Counted from the first letter of the whole stretch, positions 17,969-31,715 are shown. The stretch: 54,098 nt of DNA, filler included, from Dimargaris cristalligena (GCA_003614675.1; 3 parts of 3 records of this genome joined end to end with filler, not necessarily neighbours in it), one strand, 5' to 3'. The notes: generated by a model from the sequence alone, not told the origin. Made by a program: numbers and translations.

Positions 17969-18068
17969 NNNNNNNNNNNNNNNNNNNNNNNNNNNNNNNN
18001 NNNNNNNNNNNNTTAATTAATTAANNNNNNNNNNNNNNNNNNNNNNNNNNNNNNNNNNNNNNNNNNNN
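17969..18068. other. Artificial contig-joining linker (N44-TTAATTAATTAA-N44)
   Basis: 100-bp N run with a central six-frame stop cassette, same as 36034-36133. Confidence 0.97.
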
Positions 18069-18177
18069 TCAGGGGCAGGGGCAGGGGCTCATTCACTCGT
18101 CAGGGGCGTACTTCCGATAAGTGCGAAAAATAGATAAAAAATAAAAGTAGGTAAAAAAATGTGGTAAGTTCACCACA
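18069..18177 (-). mobile_element. LTR family A terminus (CpG-intact copy)
   Basis: Matches 18884-18990 and 36477-36583; ends ...GTTCACCACA (TGTGGTGAAC on minus). Confidence 0.75.
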
Positions 18178-18436
18178 ACTAGTCAGATTCTTTAGCTTAT
18201 TCTTACTCCCTAGTTTACCTCAATAAACTCCATATATGCTCACCACCCTTGTATTGACTAGTAAGTGTGCTCACTGCATGTCCCTTATCTGTACCTGCAT
18301 TTTGTAGCCTTTATTAGTTAGTACCATGCCTATACCTAACACTAGGACCCACTTAGCTAAGCCCAAAGCCCTATCCACCATTAGAAGCCTATCCTTGGGA
18401 CTCTTGACAGCCTACGAGTGGTAAACCCAGGTGACA
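18178..18436 (+). mobile_element. LTR family B 3' portion
   Basis: Reverse complement of ~36741-36995 (solo LTR B); contains AATAAA and ends ...GGTGACA. Confidence 0.75.
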
Positions 18437-18990
18437 GATAAAAAGGGAAAGGTAATGAAAGACTTACTGTTCCAAGAGGTAGCAGCAAAGGGGAGTATTT
18501 ATACTTAAAAGGGGGAGCTTAAATAAAAAGATAAATAAATAATAGAGAAAGGGAGAGAAGATCCCAGAATATTGGATGACTAAGCAGAGGGAAAGGGAGG
18601 GGAGTTCCTAGATAGTAATATTAGTCATCACAAAGGATAGGTAATACTCAGGTAACCAATAAATTTTATGTGAAACAATAGAAGGGAAAAAGGGAAAAAG
18701 AGAAAGCTATTTTTAACTATACTTTGAATATGGGTGCAGTTAGTCTAGGGGCAGTGTGAATATAGGGGTACAGTCTGGTCTGGGGTAGGGGTACAGCTTA
18801 GTTAAGGGTATATAGGAAAATAAAATATACTTATGAATAAAATACTATTATTAATGAAAATATAGTAAAAATGACTATACACATCAGGGGCGGGGGTAGG
18901 AGCTCATTCACTTGCTAGGGGCATACTTCTGATAAGTGTGAAAAATAGATAAAAAGTAAAAGTAGGTAAAAATATGGTAAGTTCACCACA
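18437..18990 (-). mobile_element. LTR family A, older CpG-depleted copy
   Basis: ~18516-18990 aligns by eye with 36134-36583; same TTCACCACA end; TATAAATA on minus near 18496-18503. Confidence 0.75.
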
Positions 18991-20713
18991 AGTGTAAGGA
19001 CTGAAAATAGATAATAAATATATAATTATTTATTTTAAAGACAAGGTGCAAATAGTCAGCTGCTCCAGTCAGTGTATCTTATTCTTTGAGATGAGGTGTT
19101 GTTCTAGTGCTGTTGGGGTAGAGGTGTCCTCTTCCAGTGGGTGGTCCATGTCCTCATCTGGTGGTTCTTCCTCACTCAGGTGAGGAGTACTGTGGGGAGG
19201 ATTGGCCTCTTGTCAGTGGGTGATGGTGGCCTCCCTCAGTTGCACTAGGTTGTCTGGGCCCCTCCCAATAGTTACAATATGGGAGAGGTTCAACTAGGTT
19301 TATAGAAAAATAATTACTAGATGATGCACATATTACTAGTTATCAAATAATCACCTGCCTATTTTCCCATACCAATATTGATGCAACTGCTATACAGTTG
19401 GTTTGAACATTCCCCACATGGTACATTGAGGCCTAGAGCAGGAAGCAAATGAGGTAACTGCTGGATAATCTTGTGCCCCATATTTCATTACCCACTATTA
19501 TAAGTATTATGGAATGTAAGATACTACAAAACAATGGAAATACTGGCCAAACAGGCTGCCAAATAGCTAGAGTCCTACACCAGCTATGGGCAACTGGTGT
19601 TTATACTTGCATACCTTAGTAGCTATCTGGCCATTTATTGAGAGTATAGTGGGTTTACTTAGCAATGTTAACCATAATGAGTGCTGCCATTTTGTTAGTA
19701 CCTACCCAGTATGTCCATTATATCTTACTTTTCTAACACACACATCAATACTGAAAGGGTATGGGCAAAATTTGAGCCAACTATATGAGATCTAAGTTGA
19801 CATGGGCTTGGAACAGCATGTAGGATATATATTTATCCCCAATGACAATGGCTTGAACAGGCAAACTTTCACTATACAACCTGCTCAAACCTCTCCCACA
19901 TACCCATTATCACCCTGTCTTCTTAAAACAAAAGCGAGATTTACTATTTTTGACGAAATGCAGCATACATGCATTATTTGATTATTTCAGTTTTTCAAAC
20001 ATCACCTTTCTATTCTTTCGGTATAATTAAGTGTTGACTGCCCTTAGTTGCTACTATTCGTACACGAAATATGGCAACTTACTTGCCCGTAGTGATTTAT
20101 ATTTAGAAATGAGGCTCAGTGATCACTATCTCCATCCTCCTATTTATCACGTGACCGTCCCAATCAAAGCCATCTTTCTACTTGATATTCCAATCTGAAC
20201 TAATCGTCGAATCGGGAGGGTGCCTTTTTACCTCCCACAGTGACTCCCCTCCTATGTATGCGAGTGCCATTGATTTCCAAACGAATGTGAGGTGGCAACT
20301 GCTATATGGGGAAAACCCACCAAACATAGTTTAGCCAAAATTTGGTATCTTCTATTCTACCGAAATTTAGGCACCAGTAAAGAGCCATCCAGATTCGTGG
20401 ATAGCACTGCCCCTTCCCCCTCTCCCCTCCCAGTGGACGACTATATACATTTTTCCATTTGAGACACTAGGCTATATGAAGGTAGAGTAACCTCTAAAAA
20501 ATTCCTTTAGTTCCTTCTCTTTATCTTCCTGTCAGTTTGTTTTACGAAATAGTATATATATATTTAATTTCCTCTTCCATTTTTTAAGCAACATATAATT
20601 ATTATCACTAGAAGATACTGGCATACTGCATTAAGGGGCGTTCATTCTGCTGTCATTTTTCTATTTTGCCAACGTAGTTTTACTGGGTATACCCCGTACT
20701 TATATACTCAGGG

Positions 20714-22224
20714 ATGGCTCTTGGTATTCCTATCCACGACGGAAGTCAGGCACCATGCATCGCCGTGGTTCACTTAGAGGGCCGGGGACGGGGGGTCGTA
20801 GCCACCCAGGGTATTCCCAAGAACACTACTGTAGCCGTTTGCCAGTCTTTCTCGTCCGTGGTAGCGCACGACTGGCTAAAGGTGCGCCATATTGAATGCA
20901 ATAAGCATACTGTCATGGCAGAACCATTACCCCCCTTGCACACACCACCTACGGAATTATGGCAATAATGTGCTACTTTTTTTTTCACCCCGACCACTGA
21001 GTTGACTGCCCCTCTCCACCCACACTACCCACTCTGCTATAAAGCTGTTGTCGTGTGGTATTTGGCGTGTTGGTACAATGGGTATTGTCAATGTACCCAC
21101 CTGTTAACCCGTCCTGTACGCTGCACCCCCCCCCCCCTACCCTTCATATACTTTTTTAGAATTGCTGCGCGAGTTGCTTCGATAGCAGTGCCAAACTTAA
21201 GTTAGGTTGTCCACATTGCCAGTATGCCTACTACTGCACCCCGGATTGTCAAATACGTGATGCAGCCGCCCATACCCTTAGTTGCCCCATCTGGCAGGAG
21301 CTTCGGCAACGGTGGCCCAGTATCCGCAAAGGTCCACCGGTACCACGATCGTCCCCCTCCTCGAGCGATTCCACCCGGAACTTACGCCCCCAGGCATTCA
21401 CCCTAGCCAAGCCCGACTTGGACCATATGCGGTGGATCGTCCAATGTTTAGCCCAACTTCAGCTACGCGCCGCCGAGTCACCGTCACCACTGCCACTACC
21501 AAGGGAGGAAACTAATCCGGGTACCATTCCAACCGCTGCCGACTTGGTTGGGTTAGCATCCGTTCAGGTCAACGATACCCTTCTGCCGGCGAAGGCCCAT
21601 CTCTGGTCCGGTGACTACGTTCCTTCAACATCCGATTTTATGGCCATGCAGAGCTGTCAGTCGACGTGGAACCAGACCGTACTGCCGGAAGACGAGCACC
21701 GCCCCCCGGTTGGCAATGCTTCCGCGAATTCCGATACTGCTCGCATAAATTCCTTCACCCCGAATGAAAAGGAACCTACCGGGGAACCAGCCCCGCTGAC
21801 CGACGGGTCAATTTTCCAGTACATGTCGGATTGTTTAGCCTCCATCATCGGCAGTTTCACCTCCACCACCACCACCTCGATGACTTCATCCACGGGGGGT
21901 TTAGTGTTTTCCCAGTCCCTGTTCGACGCCATCGTGTACCGCGAAAAGGCCAACGCCTTCGGTCACTGGGATGACTCCCACACCGAGTTAGTGGGTTACG
22001 GCGTATTTCCCCAGGCCTGCTATTTTAACCACGCCTGTGAGCCGAATGTCCGGAAGTGGGTGCACCGGGGGCCAGTGGTCCAGTTTGTTACAGAACGGCA
22101 TATTGCCAAGGGTGAGGAGCTGTGTATATTCTACGGCCAGGGCCCGGATGAGCTCCAATCCGAGCGACAGGCACGGTTATTGGCGAACTACTTCTTTCAT
22201 TGTCAGTGCGCCAAATGCCAGTGA
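20714..22224 (+). CDS. SET-MYND (SMYD-type) lysine methyltransferase; exons 20714-20881 and 21160-22224
   Basis: Exon 1 GRGRGVVATQGIPKNTTV (N-SET). GT..AG phase-0 intron. Exon 2 has a MYND finger (CASC...CPHC..AYYCTPDCQ...H..SC), YFNHACEPN, ELCIFYG and post-SET FHCQCAKC. Confidence 0.9.
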
Positions 22225-22755
22225 GTTGAATCATCTTTTTATTTTTAGACCCATTGGACTAAACATTTTATCCGAATAGTGCTGAACAAGGCGCCATACG
22301 TTATTCACTATACATCTGTTTCGGCCCAATTTTATATATATATATAAAGGTGGTGTATATTTGGCTTTAATCGAATAGTATCGAGAAAGAGATGCAATGA
22401 GGTAGATGGAAGAAAGACGATATAAAGGTGTGATTCCATCAATATTCCTTAAAAACATTGAACGGGGTTGAAATTTGGTGGATACCCAAACTGAGTGGGG
22501 CATGGAATAGACAATGTCCGCTTAGGCAATAATCTGCCTGTAATTCAGATTGGCGTGGTCCAAAGTAAGGCAAGTTATAAGGGAGGGGAAAGAAGGGGTT
22601 ACGTATTTAAATCAAATCACAATACATAGATAGGATATATGGTACGCGAAGGATAGTTCGGACAAAAAGGACAAGAAATAACCATCGTCAAAAACACAAC
22701 AGCAATACACATAGCTAAACAAGTAAGCCCGGCCATAATATAGAAGTGACTGCGA

Positions 22756-25700
22756 TTACGAATTTTTGTCTGTAATATTCTGGATATTTTGGTCCGAATA
22801 GATAAAGGCCTGGAACCGGCCCGTCATGTGGGGATCCCAAGCCGCTAGAGTAAGGACGTATTCCCCAGGAGCTTCGGTCAAGCGGGTCATGGGTAAAAGT
22901 ACCCCTTGAACAGAATTAAGAAAAGCACCAGAATTAGCTAGTTCGGCACCACAGCCACCGTGGGCACCGCCATCACCTCCTACCCCAGGACTACGAGTCT
23001 GTAATTCCGGGATGCGTAGACGACGGTGTAGCGAAATTCTAAGGGCAGGCACGGGGTGCGTATCCAGGGCTTGTAAACGGACGGTTAACTGGGTGGGTCG
23101 GGTCAGGGTGAAATAGTAATAGTAGGTTGAGTGGTTGGGGGTAGAAGTAGTGGATAGTGTACCGATTGAGGTCGGTGGTTGTGAAAGTGGTCGGCTGCCC
23201 CAATTTCCCCGAACCGTTCGTTTGTAGAGTCCGGCACCCTCCGCCGGCAGTCGGGTAATGTCAAAGGGGCCATCAAGGTCCACTGTCAATGAAAAGGGGC
23301 CAGTTTGACCTGGCTGAAGGGTTGAGGGAACTACGGTGTATTCCCCCGGACTTAGATTCTCGAGGGGACAAAAGCACGTTGATTCACAGTAGGCCCCCGA
23401 GTTGGATACCGTGTTACGGAAATTGAAATTAGTGACGCGGACACCCCCCCGGGCCAGCGTCAGGTGAACGGACTTGGGGGCCGCGGTATTGAGGGTTAGG
23501 ACCCCATTGCTAACTGAACTACCGTTGCTATGGTGATTGAACGCAGCGATTCCCGAGCCGGGCCGCCCTCTTTCCCTCTCTTTAACTACCAATCGGTATT
23601 GATGATTGGAAATAAATGACGGATGTTCCAAACTGCCCCCGGCCGTATCGGTGGTCCATTCGTCATCAATGGTACGTTGGTGCGCTACGGGTTCGACGGG
23701 TTCTAATTCCACGGGCGCCATGGACAATACCCGTAGAGTGTAATAAAAATCCCGGGTCTTCTCAAATTGTAAAGCGACCACGGTGAAGAGGGACACCCCC
23801 CCAGGTGGCACGTTGAAGCGCACCAACACATGGGGACTATTGATAAAGTCGCTCGACACAAAGGGTTGGTCGGGGCTGTAGATGCGCTCCCCGCTGGTCT
23901 TGTCATAGACGAACAGGGAAATGTAGTCCTTGTTTTCTTCCTTGCGGGTAATGTGCTTCGTTAACAGCAGCCAAACGGGGGCGGTGCCGGCCGCTGGTCC
24001 GCCATTGACAGAAGGGGGTGGTTGATGGACCACCCGTAAGCGGTACTGCGGATTTCCGGCTAAATTATAAAAGGCGTTGGCGGGGCCTGCGTCGAGGGGC
24101 CAGCGGGCGTGGTGTGTACATCGGTAGGTAAACAATTCGGGATTCCAGTTGAGATGGATCGAGCTGAACCGTTTACATAAAGATTCGTAATCGATCCAAA
24201 AGATACCGTCGTCCCGGTAGGCGGACTTTTGGGGGTCGTAATTGAGCCGCTGGCAGAGGGAAGGTGTCCACGCTTGTCGGTCTAGGTGGCTGTACGGACC
24301 TTTCCAGCCCCGGATACTCCAAGGGTTTTTCAACTGGAGCAGTCGGACCCCATTGACTACATCGACATTAAGCACTGCATAGGCATGTGAAGAGACCAGC
24401 CCGTACCGTTCGGCCTCATCGGGTGTCATATCGCCCGTTGCAACTGTCACGAGGGTATCGCCGTAGCGGAGGCCTTCGTACATGCGGTCCCACTGCGTAT
24501 CCTCCTTGAATCGTTCGTCATGCATGAGAATCTGTTCGGGGATCCAGCCCGTGAGTGTATAAAGGTCGATACTCGAATTGGAGCCAGGGAAATCGTAGCC
24601 GCCCATTAGTTTCATGTAGGCCTTTTCAATCAGGCTGGGCCAGAGTTCGGTTTGGTTTAGGGTATAGGTACACATGAGCTTTCCCTCCCGCGATACGGGG
24701 AACTGGTCGTCGATGGCTATAATGGGAGTATATATCAAAGTTGATGGTTAGAGCGGCTGCCTGATTAGTTGTATGATACTGGTGGAGATAAGCATTGCAA
24801 TATACAATGCGTATATAAGTAAACCAACTACAAAGCTATAGGAAAAATACCACACAGGTTACTGATAAGGAATAACATAAGCGGGGGCGATAGTTAAGTA
24901 TGAAAACCTTACCAATCTGACAAAAGTGGGAGTTTGTGTTTTTCGTCGGTGGTCGATTATAAAATCATATGATACCGAGTTATTATAACGTGGAAACAAA
25001 AGGAAGATGGTATAGAGAATAGGTGATAATTAGAGTGAGTTTAGCAGTGATTTAAAGTGGGAAACACGCCACCCACATAGCTGGGGTAGCTGTGTGGAAT
25101 TTAAAACCTCATATGATATGTTATAAACCGCCTTACCCGCCTCAGGATGCCGTTATATAAAAGGCGAACGACGTATTTGCCACTGGGATTGTACATGGGG
25201 TGTCGGGCTTGATTCTGAGGATAGATACAACTAGTGATCAACTAGGATGTTTATCCAGCGTATAGTATAAATAGACAATTAAGGGGATTAGAACACGTTC
25301 AATATTTAGCATAGCTGGTTAACCAAGGAGGGATAGTGACGTTGAGACAATGGATATTGGTGAAGTAAGACTTACTTTCTTATCGAATCGGTTCTCGTAG
25401 GCGGCAGCGATACACAAAGACGCCACAAATGAACAATCGGTCACCACATCCTACCAGATAGGGAGGGTTCGTACAAAATGGTGCGAATAAATACAGCAAG
25501 AAACTTGACGGGATGAGTTGAGGATAACACCCGGTCGATACTAACCTATAGAAAAATAGACCAAATGCCCCTTGACTATGCCAGGGTTGTATCCATAGTC
25601 ACGAATAAGCATCCACAAACATACCTGTATAATATCGAGACTTTAAGGCATAGGACAACAACAGAAAGGGGCCATGTAATGGGAAGGCATACCAATATAT

Positions 25701-27251
25701 ACCATTCGTTAGTTATCGATATTCCGGCCATTAGCCGGGATATACAAGTCCTCCGCAATATGGAATGACTCAACGGTAAAGCTACAATCGGAGGGATGCG
25801 TTTCCGGTCGGGTAATAATCCAGAGCTGAAATTTTAAATATATATATATATTATATACTATATAACTTACCACGAAACCTTCTTGATAACTTGAGGGTGG
25901 GACATGAATTGCTTGGGACGTCTCCAGAAGCCCCATTTAGCAACTTGCTTTTCCGACAGGGGAAGGGTGCCGTCGGGGTCACTGATAAGAAGTTTTTAAA
26001 AAACAGCGATGAAATATTACGAGGTATGGGTGAGCCAACATCATCTTTTCGATGGCGCCTTGGGCCATTTGGGCTTGCAATGCCTGCAACGGATGAACCC
26101 AGCTGGAATTTAGGAGGCCATTAATTGGCGGGAGAGGGGCAGCGGAATAAATTCACTAACCTCTCGCACTTGCAAGATGGAAGAATATATTTACCTAAAT
26201 GGGTGGGCAAACGTGAAGGGTTCGTAAGCGTCCGAGTCACTCCAAGGTAAAAAGATCATATCGTTGATTTTGGATGTATGGCGTAATACTTCCAATTCAT
26301 CATCGGATAATGACATGGACGGAAGTGGAGAGCGTGGGCGGTAAAGAGGGGCCACCATTGTCGCCGCAGGGGTCTGCACAGAGCTGCTCTCCACCACACG
26401 GGGTGGTACCAGTATATTTTGGGTTTTGGACGGTTGTAAAACTAGACGAATGACACCGTATATTTCATTTCCAGGTAATTAACAGGGGAGTATTAGTAAG
26501 TGTGCTCAAAGAAGGAAGTAATGCACAATGGGGCCATAGGCGCAACTCAGGGATATTAGTAAAATATATTTATGAGTAGGGAAAACAGCGTGGATCACCT
26601 ACCCGACGGCGACTGGGAATTTAGAATAGCCTTGAGGGATTCGGCCTGTTTTAAATTTAAATCAATTAGTTGTTTGATGGGCTTTCTTTGGGACTGATTG
26701 GCAACTACCCCCGGGTGTTAGGTGGGGATGTCATAAGGGGATGGATTTGTACAAAAGAAAACGGACATTAGTTTGGCTCGTCCAGTACATAGAAAGGTGA
26801 TGGATGAATGACCGATAGGTCAACCAGAAAAGAAAAACCCAGAGGGAGGGGGAGCGAAATCCCCAAATATCATGAATTGAACCCAAGGATCACTTACCGC
26901 CATAAGCATTCATCAGGACTTCGACAGCCTCGCATAGGTGGCGAATCGCGGTCTGCTGGTCCCCTTCGTTCTTCTGGGCTGAGTCCGCCTTGGACTCGAT
27001 GGCCTAAAATATACAGTCGGATTGGTTTAAAGGTAATCGGTTGGTGGACCATACCATGTAATGCACGGTTAGTCTATCCATAGCTAAGATTTCAGCGGTA
27101 AGTCGATATAGCGATAGCGGCTAACTAAATGAACTACAAGAAGACACAACCGGTGGAAAACGAGGGCACATGGGGGGATAGTGAGTTGAGTGAGTACCTT
27201 AGCTTGCATCAGTAATTGTCGGCATTTGGAAGAGGCGGCACCGTCGGACAT
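22756..27251 (-). CDS. palB: Calpain-7 / PalB / Rim13-like cysteine protease; predicted exons 27251-27198, 27003-26898, 26704-26603, 26441-26195, 25981-25871, 25640-25625, 25450-25376, 25241-25137, 24916-24913, 24716-22756
   Basis: All introns are GT..AG with consistent phases. Catalytic triad QDVVTDCSFVASL / SSHAYAV / LKNPW; LWPSLIEKAYMK.MGGYDFPGSNS; two calpain-III-like C-terminal segments; MIT-like N-terminus. Confidence 0.92.
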
Positions 27252-28859
27252 AGTTTCCCAGACGGGGAAAGACAGGCGATGTATTCGATGGCGGGCTGGG
27301 TTGCGAATGGAAAATAGGACTTGAAAGAACGGTTAAGATAAAGAGGGGCTCGATGTGCTGGCTGGCTGGCCCTGAACTCGGGGGTTTTGGTTAGAGTAGT
27401 AAAGAAAGACGAGGGGGGGGGGGTACTCGGGCCTATTCAATTGGGTAACCGGGTAAAATGGACCGGGGTATTTGAGCGATTAAGAAAAGGGAATGCTCGG
27501 AATACTAAAGGGGTCGCTAGGAGAGCGGTTAATAGATAGTCGAAAAGTCTCGCCGGGTTGGAAAGGAATAGCCAAGCGATAGGGGCAACGAACAATGAAT
27601 AGTTGAAGATTAGAAGGAGAGGTAAAAAGAGCATCTCTTTAAGAGATTCGCCACCACCTTCACTTTAGCCGGGGCCCGGTATATAGTATATGTGAATTGG
27701 GAGAGGGTGAAATATAGTGCAATGTGCTCTATTGTATGGGAAGTACAGAAAGGCAGCCGCCACTGGAGTCAGGTGGAAGGCGGGCGTGCGACCCATTGTT
27801 GGCTATAACGGGGCTTGGTAATGTAAATCATTTATAAGGTCTTTTATATACTAGTCCGGGGTGCAGCAGCCTACAGTGTCGGACAGTAATGGATTCCGTG
27901 GCCATTACCCGAATTGCCCTTGAATTACTCCCCGGAGTTTACGCTGATTATTGTTCCGAGACCTAATTATACCTCATCTTAGGTATAGCTTCTCCTGGGT
28001 CCGCGACCGGGCTATTTATCATTTACCAACTGTGGGAACGACAATACTGGTAGCGAGGGTGATAATGATAATGATGATGATATGCCCAGTTGAGCTGCCC
28101 ATTTGATTTTCCTACTCTACATAACCACTACCCGACATGTCCTCTTCTTCCCGGGCATTCGTTTCTATACACCACCCCTCTGTATAAACTATCGGACAAT
28201 GTTTACCAAATTGCCTACCTACTCCCTATCACCAGCCCCAAAACCATTCTTGAACGAGAAAATGGTTTGTTAAGGACACTTGACAAGGCAACACTCACTT
28301 ACTATTTCATCCGCTCATGGTTTCTGCTATTAACAGCTACCTTGGCTTTGTAATGGATTGGCCGTTAAATTTAATATTTCTCGGTATGCTGGAGTAAGAC
28401 TTATTGAGGGCTATTTGTCCTGGTCAGACTTGGCCTGGATGCACCTATATATCAGAAAATACCAATTATATTCTAGGCTACGGTGTTTGTACATGACCAT
28501 ACAGTTCGAATAAAAGCCGGTATGGTTATATATTATGTATGTATATTCTACGAGTGGGGTCGGCCAATGCCTGGAAGCCTCGCCCAATTGTTAATTTTTT
28601 TCAACATTTAAAGTAATCTAATGCTTGGGCTGGTCATCCAACTATTAGCCAATCAGCGTCCCATGGTAATTGGTTTATTGAGCCGGGATAGAATTTTCCG
28701 CCTATGTCGAGAGGTAAAGGGCACTCCAGTAATAAAGGGTTAAGTATAGTATATTTCCTGATAAGCCCCCATTGGATAGTGGGAAAAACGGGAAGTGGTC
28801 CAGCACCGTATCATAGCGAGTTGTAAAATTGCCTATAACCGTGGTAATCCAACACGGGG

Positions 28860-30701
28860 CTACGTATATAGAGAGCTGGTGTCCTGTCGATCCTGTCTAC
28901 TGGCGCGAGCAAGGGATTTGGCATCAGACAACGAAACCGAGTCGAAATCCGACAGCAACGGTGACTGGGTGAATAACGACGAAGCAAGCAGTGGCTGCCA
29001 GGCATTCAGCCGGGGGGTCTCGTCGTGCGGGTTGACCAAAAGGTACGCCGACCGCTGCTGCATCTCGCACTGTGCGGGTGGACCATAACCGGTTCATTAA
29101 CCATGGATATATAAAGTTGCGGAAGGGAAGGATTAGCGTGGGCAACGTGCTGGAATATGGATATATTCTATATCGGTAAATGCTGCGTGCCTCAAAGGTT
29201 TATTAAGGAGTGCGGTGTAGTTGATGCGATCTCGTTTCAAAACACCGAGTGGGTGTAGATATATCAGAATGCGTGACTTACCTGGGTGAGCAAAGCGGCA
29301 CCTACTCCCTGGACCATTAGATTACCGCGGGTAGTTACTTCGGATGCAAATGGTAGCTAGATTAATAGCGTGTAGGAAATATATAATCAAAGGGCACATA
29401 TAATATTAAACATTGGCCCCGCCCGTAGATATGCCAACCATACCTAATGGTGAAGGGCCCACTTAGTCGAATAGACCGTATAGCCCATTCGATGCTGAGT
29501 GGCTCTTGTTAGGTATATACCGCAAGGTGCTCTACCAGATCACCGCATCTCTTTACACGGTCTTTCTCATTAACCGCCCACTTGGGTGCGTTGATTGAAG
29601 GCGCCGCTACGGGTTTGGGCTAAATTGCGCTTTTAGAACTTACCTCAGGGGCAACGTGGGATTTGAGGTAGCACAGGAGCTGACCCTGCCCAGGGGTGTT
29701 TGAACCCCGGTGGGATTCCAGACTCTCCAAAAGCGGGGTGCGCTGAAGGGGGTCAAGGGACTGGATTACCACCACACTAACATTGAAAGTCAAATCCGGA
29801 TTCAATAGGGGGGGGGGTTCCATAGAGTGGTTATAGAATTGGGTATAATGGTACATTAGTGCCAATGACCCAGTGGGTAGCGGGTTGGTATTCCCCGGGG
29901 TAGGCAAAAAAACCCGGATATCCTTCAAGGCAAGTATTAATTCAATATATAGATATTACGGATAATATATAGTGTGGGGCAAGACTTACCGTTGGGGGCG
30001 AGTTTTGCGGAGGAGAACGTGGGCCCAGCTGTGCTGACTTGGCCCTTCGATCGACTGATTAAGCCATACGAACCCTGTCCTTGGGTTGCTCGGCTGAATA
30101 TTGATGCAGTAGGATTCTGAGCGCTCGGTGGGGGGCTAAATGTCGTAATAATACACCAATATGGGGCCAATGGGTCGTTAGGAATCGACCAACCGAGAAA
30201 GGGGGGGATGTGGCCTTAGATGGACGACTGATCTGTACCCTACGGCTTAATATGGGAACTGGCGAAATACTCTGGATCGGTTATACGAACCAGCCAAACG
30301 GCGGCCAACCTAGCCTGCGGAACATTCAGCCAAGCTGGGATAGGCCAACCGTTGCTTTTTAAAAGGCAAGGGTATATATATAGCTGCGTACTTACCGGGT
30401 TAGGCGTGAATGGAATGGCAATGGCCAGGGGTTCCAGAGGCGAAGCAAGTACCCGCGCCCAATAGCGACAGAGTTCGGGACCTACCACAATGACTAGCGT
30501 AGACAAACCCTCGTCAAGCACGGCCTGCCATTTGGGAGCAACGCGAAAGATGACCGAGCGACTCCAGTCGGTACGGACCGGGCGCCGGCGGGGGGTCTTG
30601 GCGGGGCCGGGGGCAGCGGACTCGCTCTCGCCCTCGGAGTTCGAGTCGGACTCGGAATTGTCGTAACGACTGGGGGGATCGTGTTCGTAGAGAAAGTCCA
30701 T
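28860..30701 (-). CDS. Proteasome assembly chaperone 1 (PAC1/PSMG1/Pba1)-like, multi-exon; internal exons only partly resolved
   Basis: Acidic N-terminus MDFLYEHDPPSRYDNSESDSNSEGES; spliced NLMVQGVGAALLTQ|CEMQQRSAYLLV resembles the PAC1 C-terminal core; ends SSLYT-stop, an HbYX motif. Confidence 0.65.
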
Positions 30702-31715
30702 GTTTCACTGAACTGGGCGGCTGGGGAAGTTTACAAGGGCTGAGGTATAGTCTGGTGGAGGAATACTGACCAAGGGGACTGATAAAATGGTTAATGGCGG
30801 GAGATGTGGCGGGAATGCGGGGGGGGGGGGGGTAAGGGTGAGGACCTGAAATAAAGGGAGGATTGGAGTAAGAAAAACTGTACCTGAGTAAGCCTGGCCT
30901 GTATATAGAGAAGGAAGGGGGTGACTTCCGAGGCTGAGTAATAGGCACCACACGTGGATAAGCCTTCCTCCCCAAGTATGACTCCTCCTTTCCCCAGCCA
31001 TTATTTGTATGGCCCACAAAGGGAGGATATATGCTGTGGCAAGGTTTCAACTCTAGAGTTCTCTTTAACCCTTTTGCCTTTCCTTTACACTAACCAACCT
31101 ACCTGGCGTCTGCCTACCGCACTTTCACTTAAACAAATAACCAACTTTTATGAACCTCTCGCGACTACTTCTACTTATACACTATATTATTCACCCCTTC
31201 AGTATTGGTGGGAGTCGACGCATTTAGTATTGCTTGACTTGGGCAGTCACGCGCCATTCCCTTCTTCGTTGAGCCGAACTACGGTGGTTCGCCACGGCCT
31301 TCTACTCGAAATTCCCGCCACTACCTTGCTGAATAGACAAGTCGGTTGCTGACTTTAGACCCCGCCTTCAGGATTAGTATACCACGGTTCGCAATCCAGC
31401 ATGCCTCTTGCTTACCGACTGGCAGCTCTCGTAAGTCTTTTTATATGCTGTTCCATTCCCAACTCAGACCACCCCACAACAGGGCTGCAGACCTCTGGAT
31501 ATTCCCTAGGCACCCCGCCGACTTTCCCTTGTACTTCATGCTAGGTTGGTTTAACCGGCTGTTGCGGAACAATATGCTACCCCTGAGACTCATTACCAGT
31601 TTAATACCCTTGATAATACCTGGCTGCACTATGTACTGCATTTCCCCGGACAATGATTCCTCCACCATAGAAGGGTGGTGCGAAATGGCCCCGGCTTCCT
31701 GGCCATTCACGGCCC

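Noticed and set aside
18013-18024. TTAATTAATTAA palindrome repeated at 36078-36089
   Set aside because: Synthetic six-frame stop spacer inside N runs, not biological.
18991-19930. Possible decayed coding sequence next to the LTRs
   Set aside because: CpG-depleted with stops in the frames I read; no gag, pol or transposase motif recognised.
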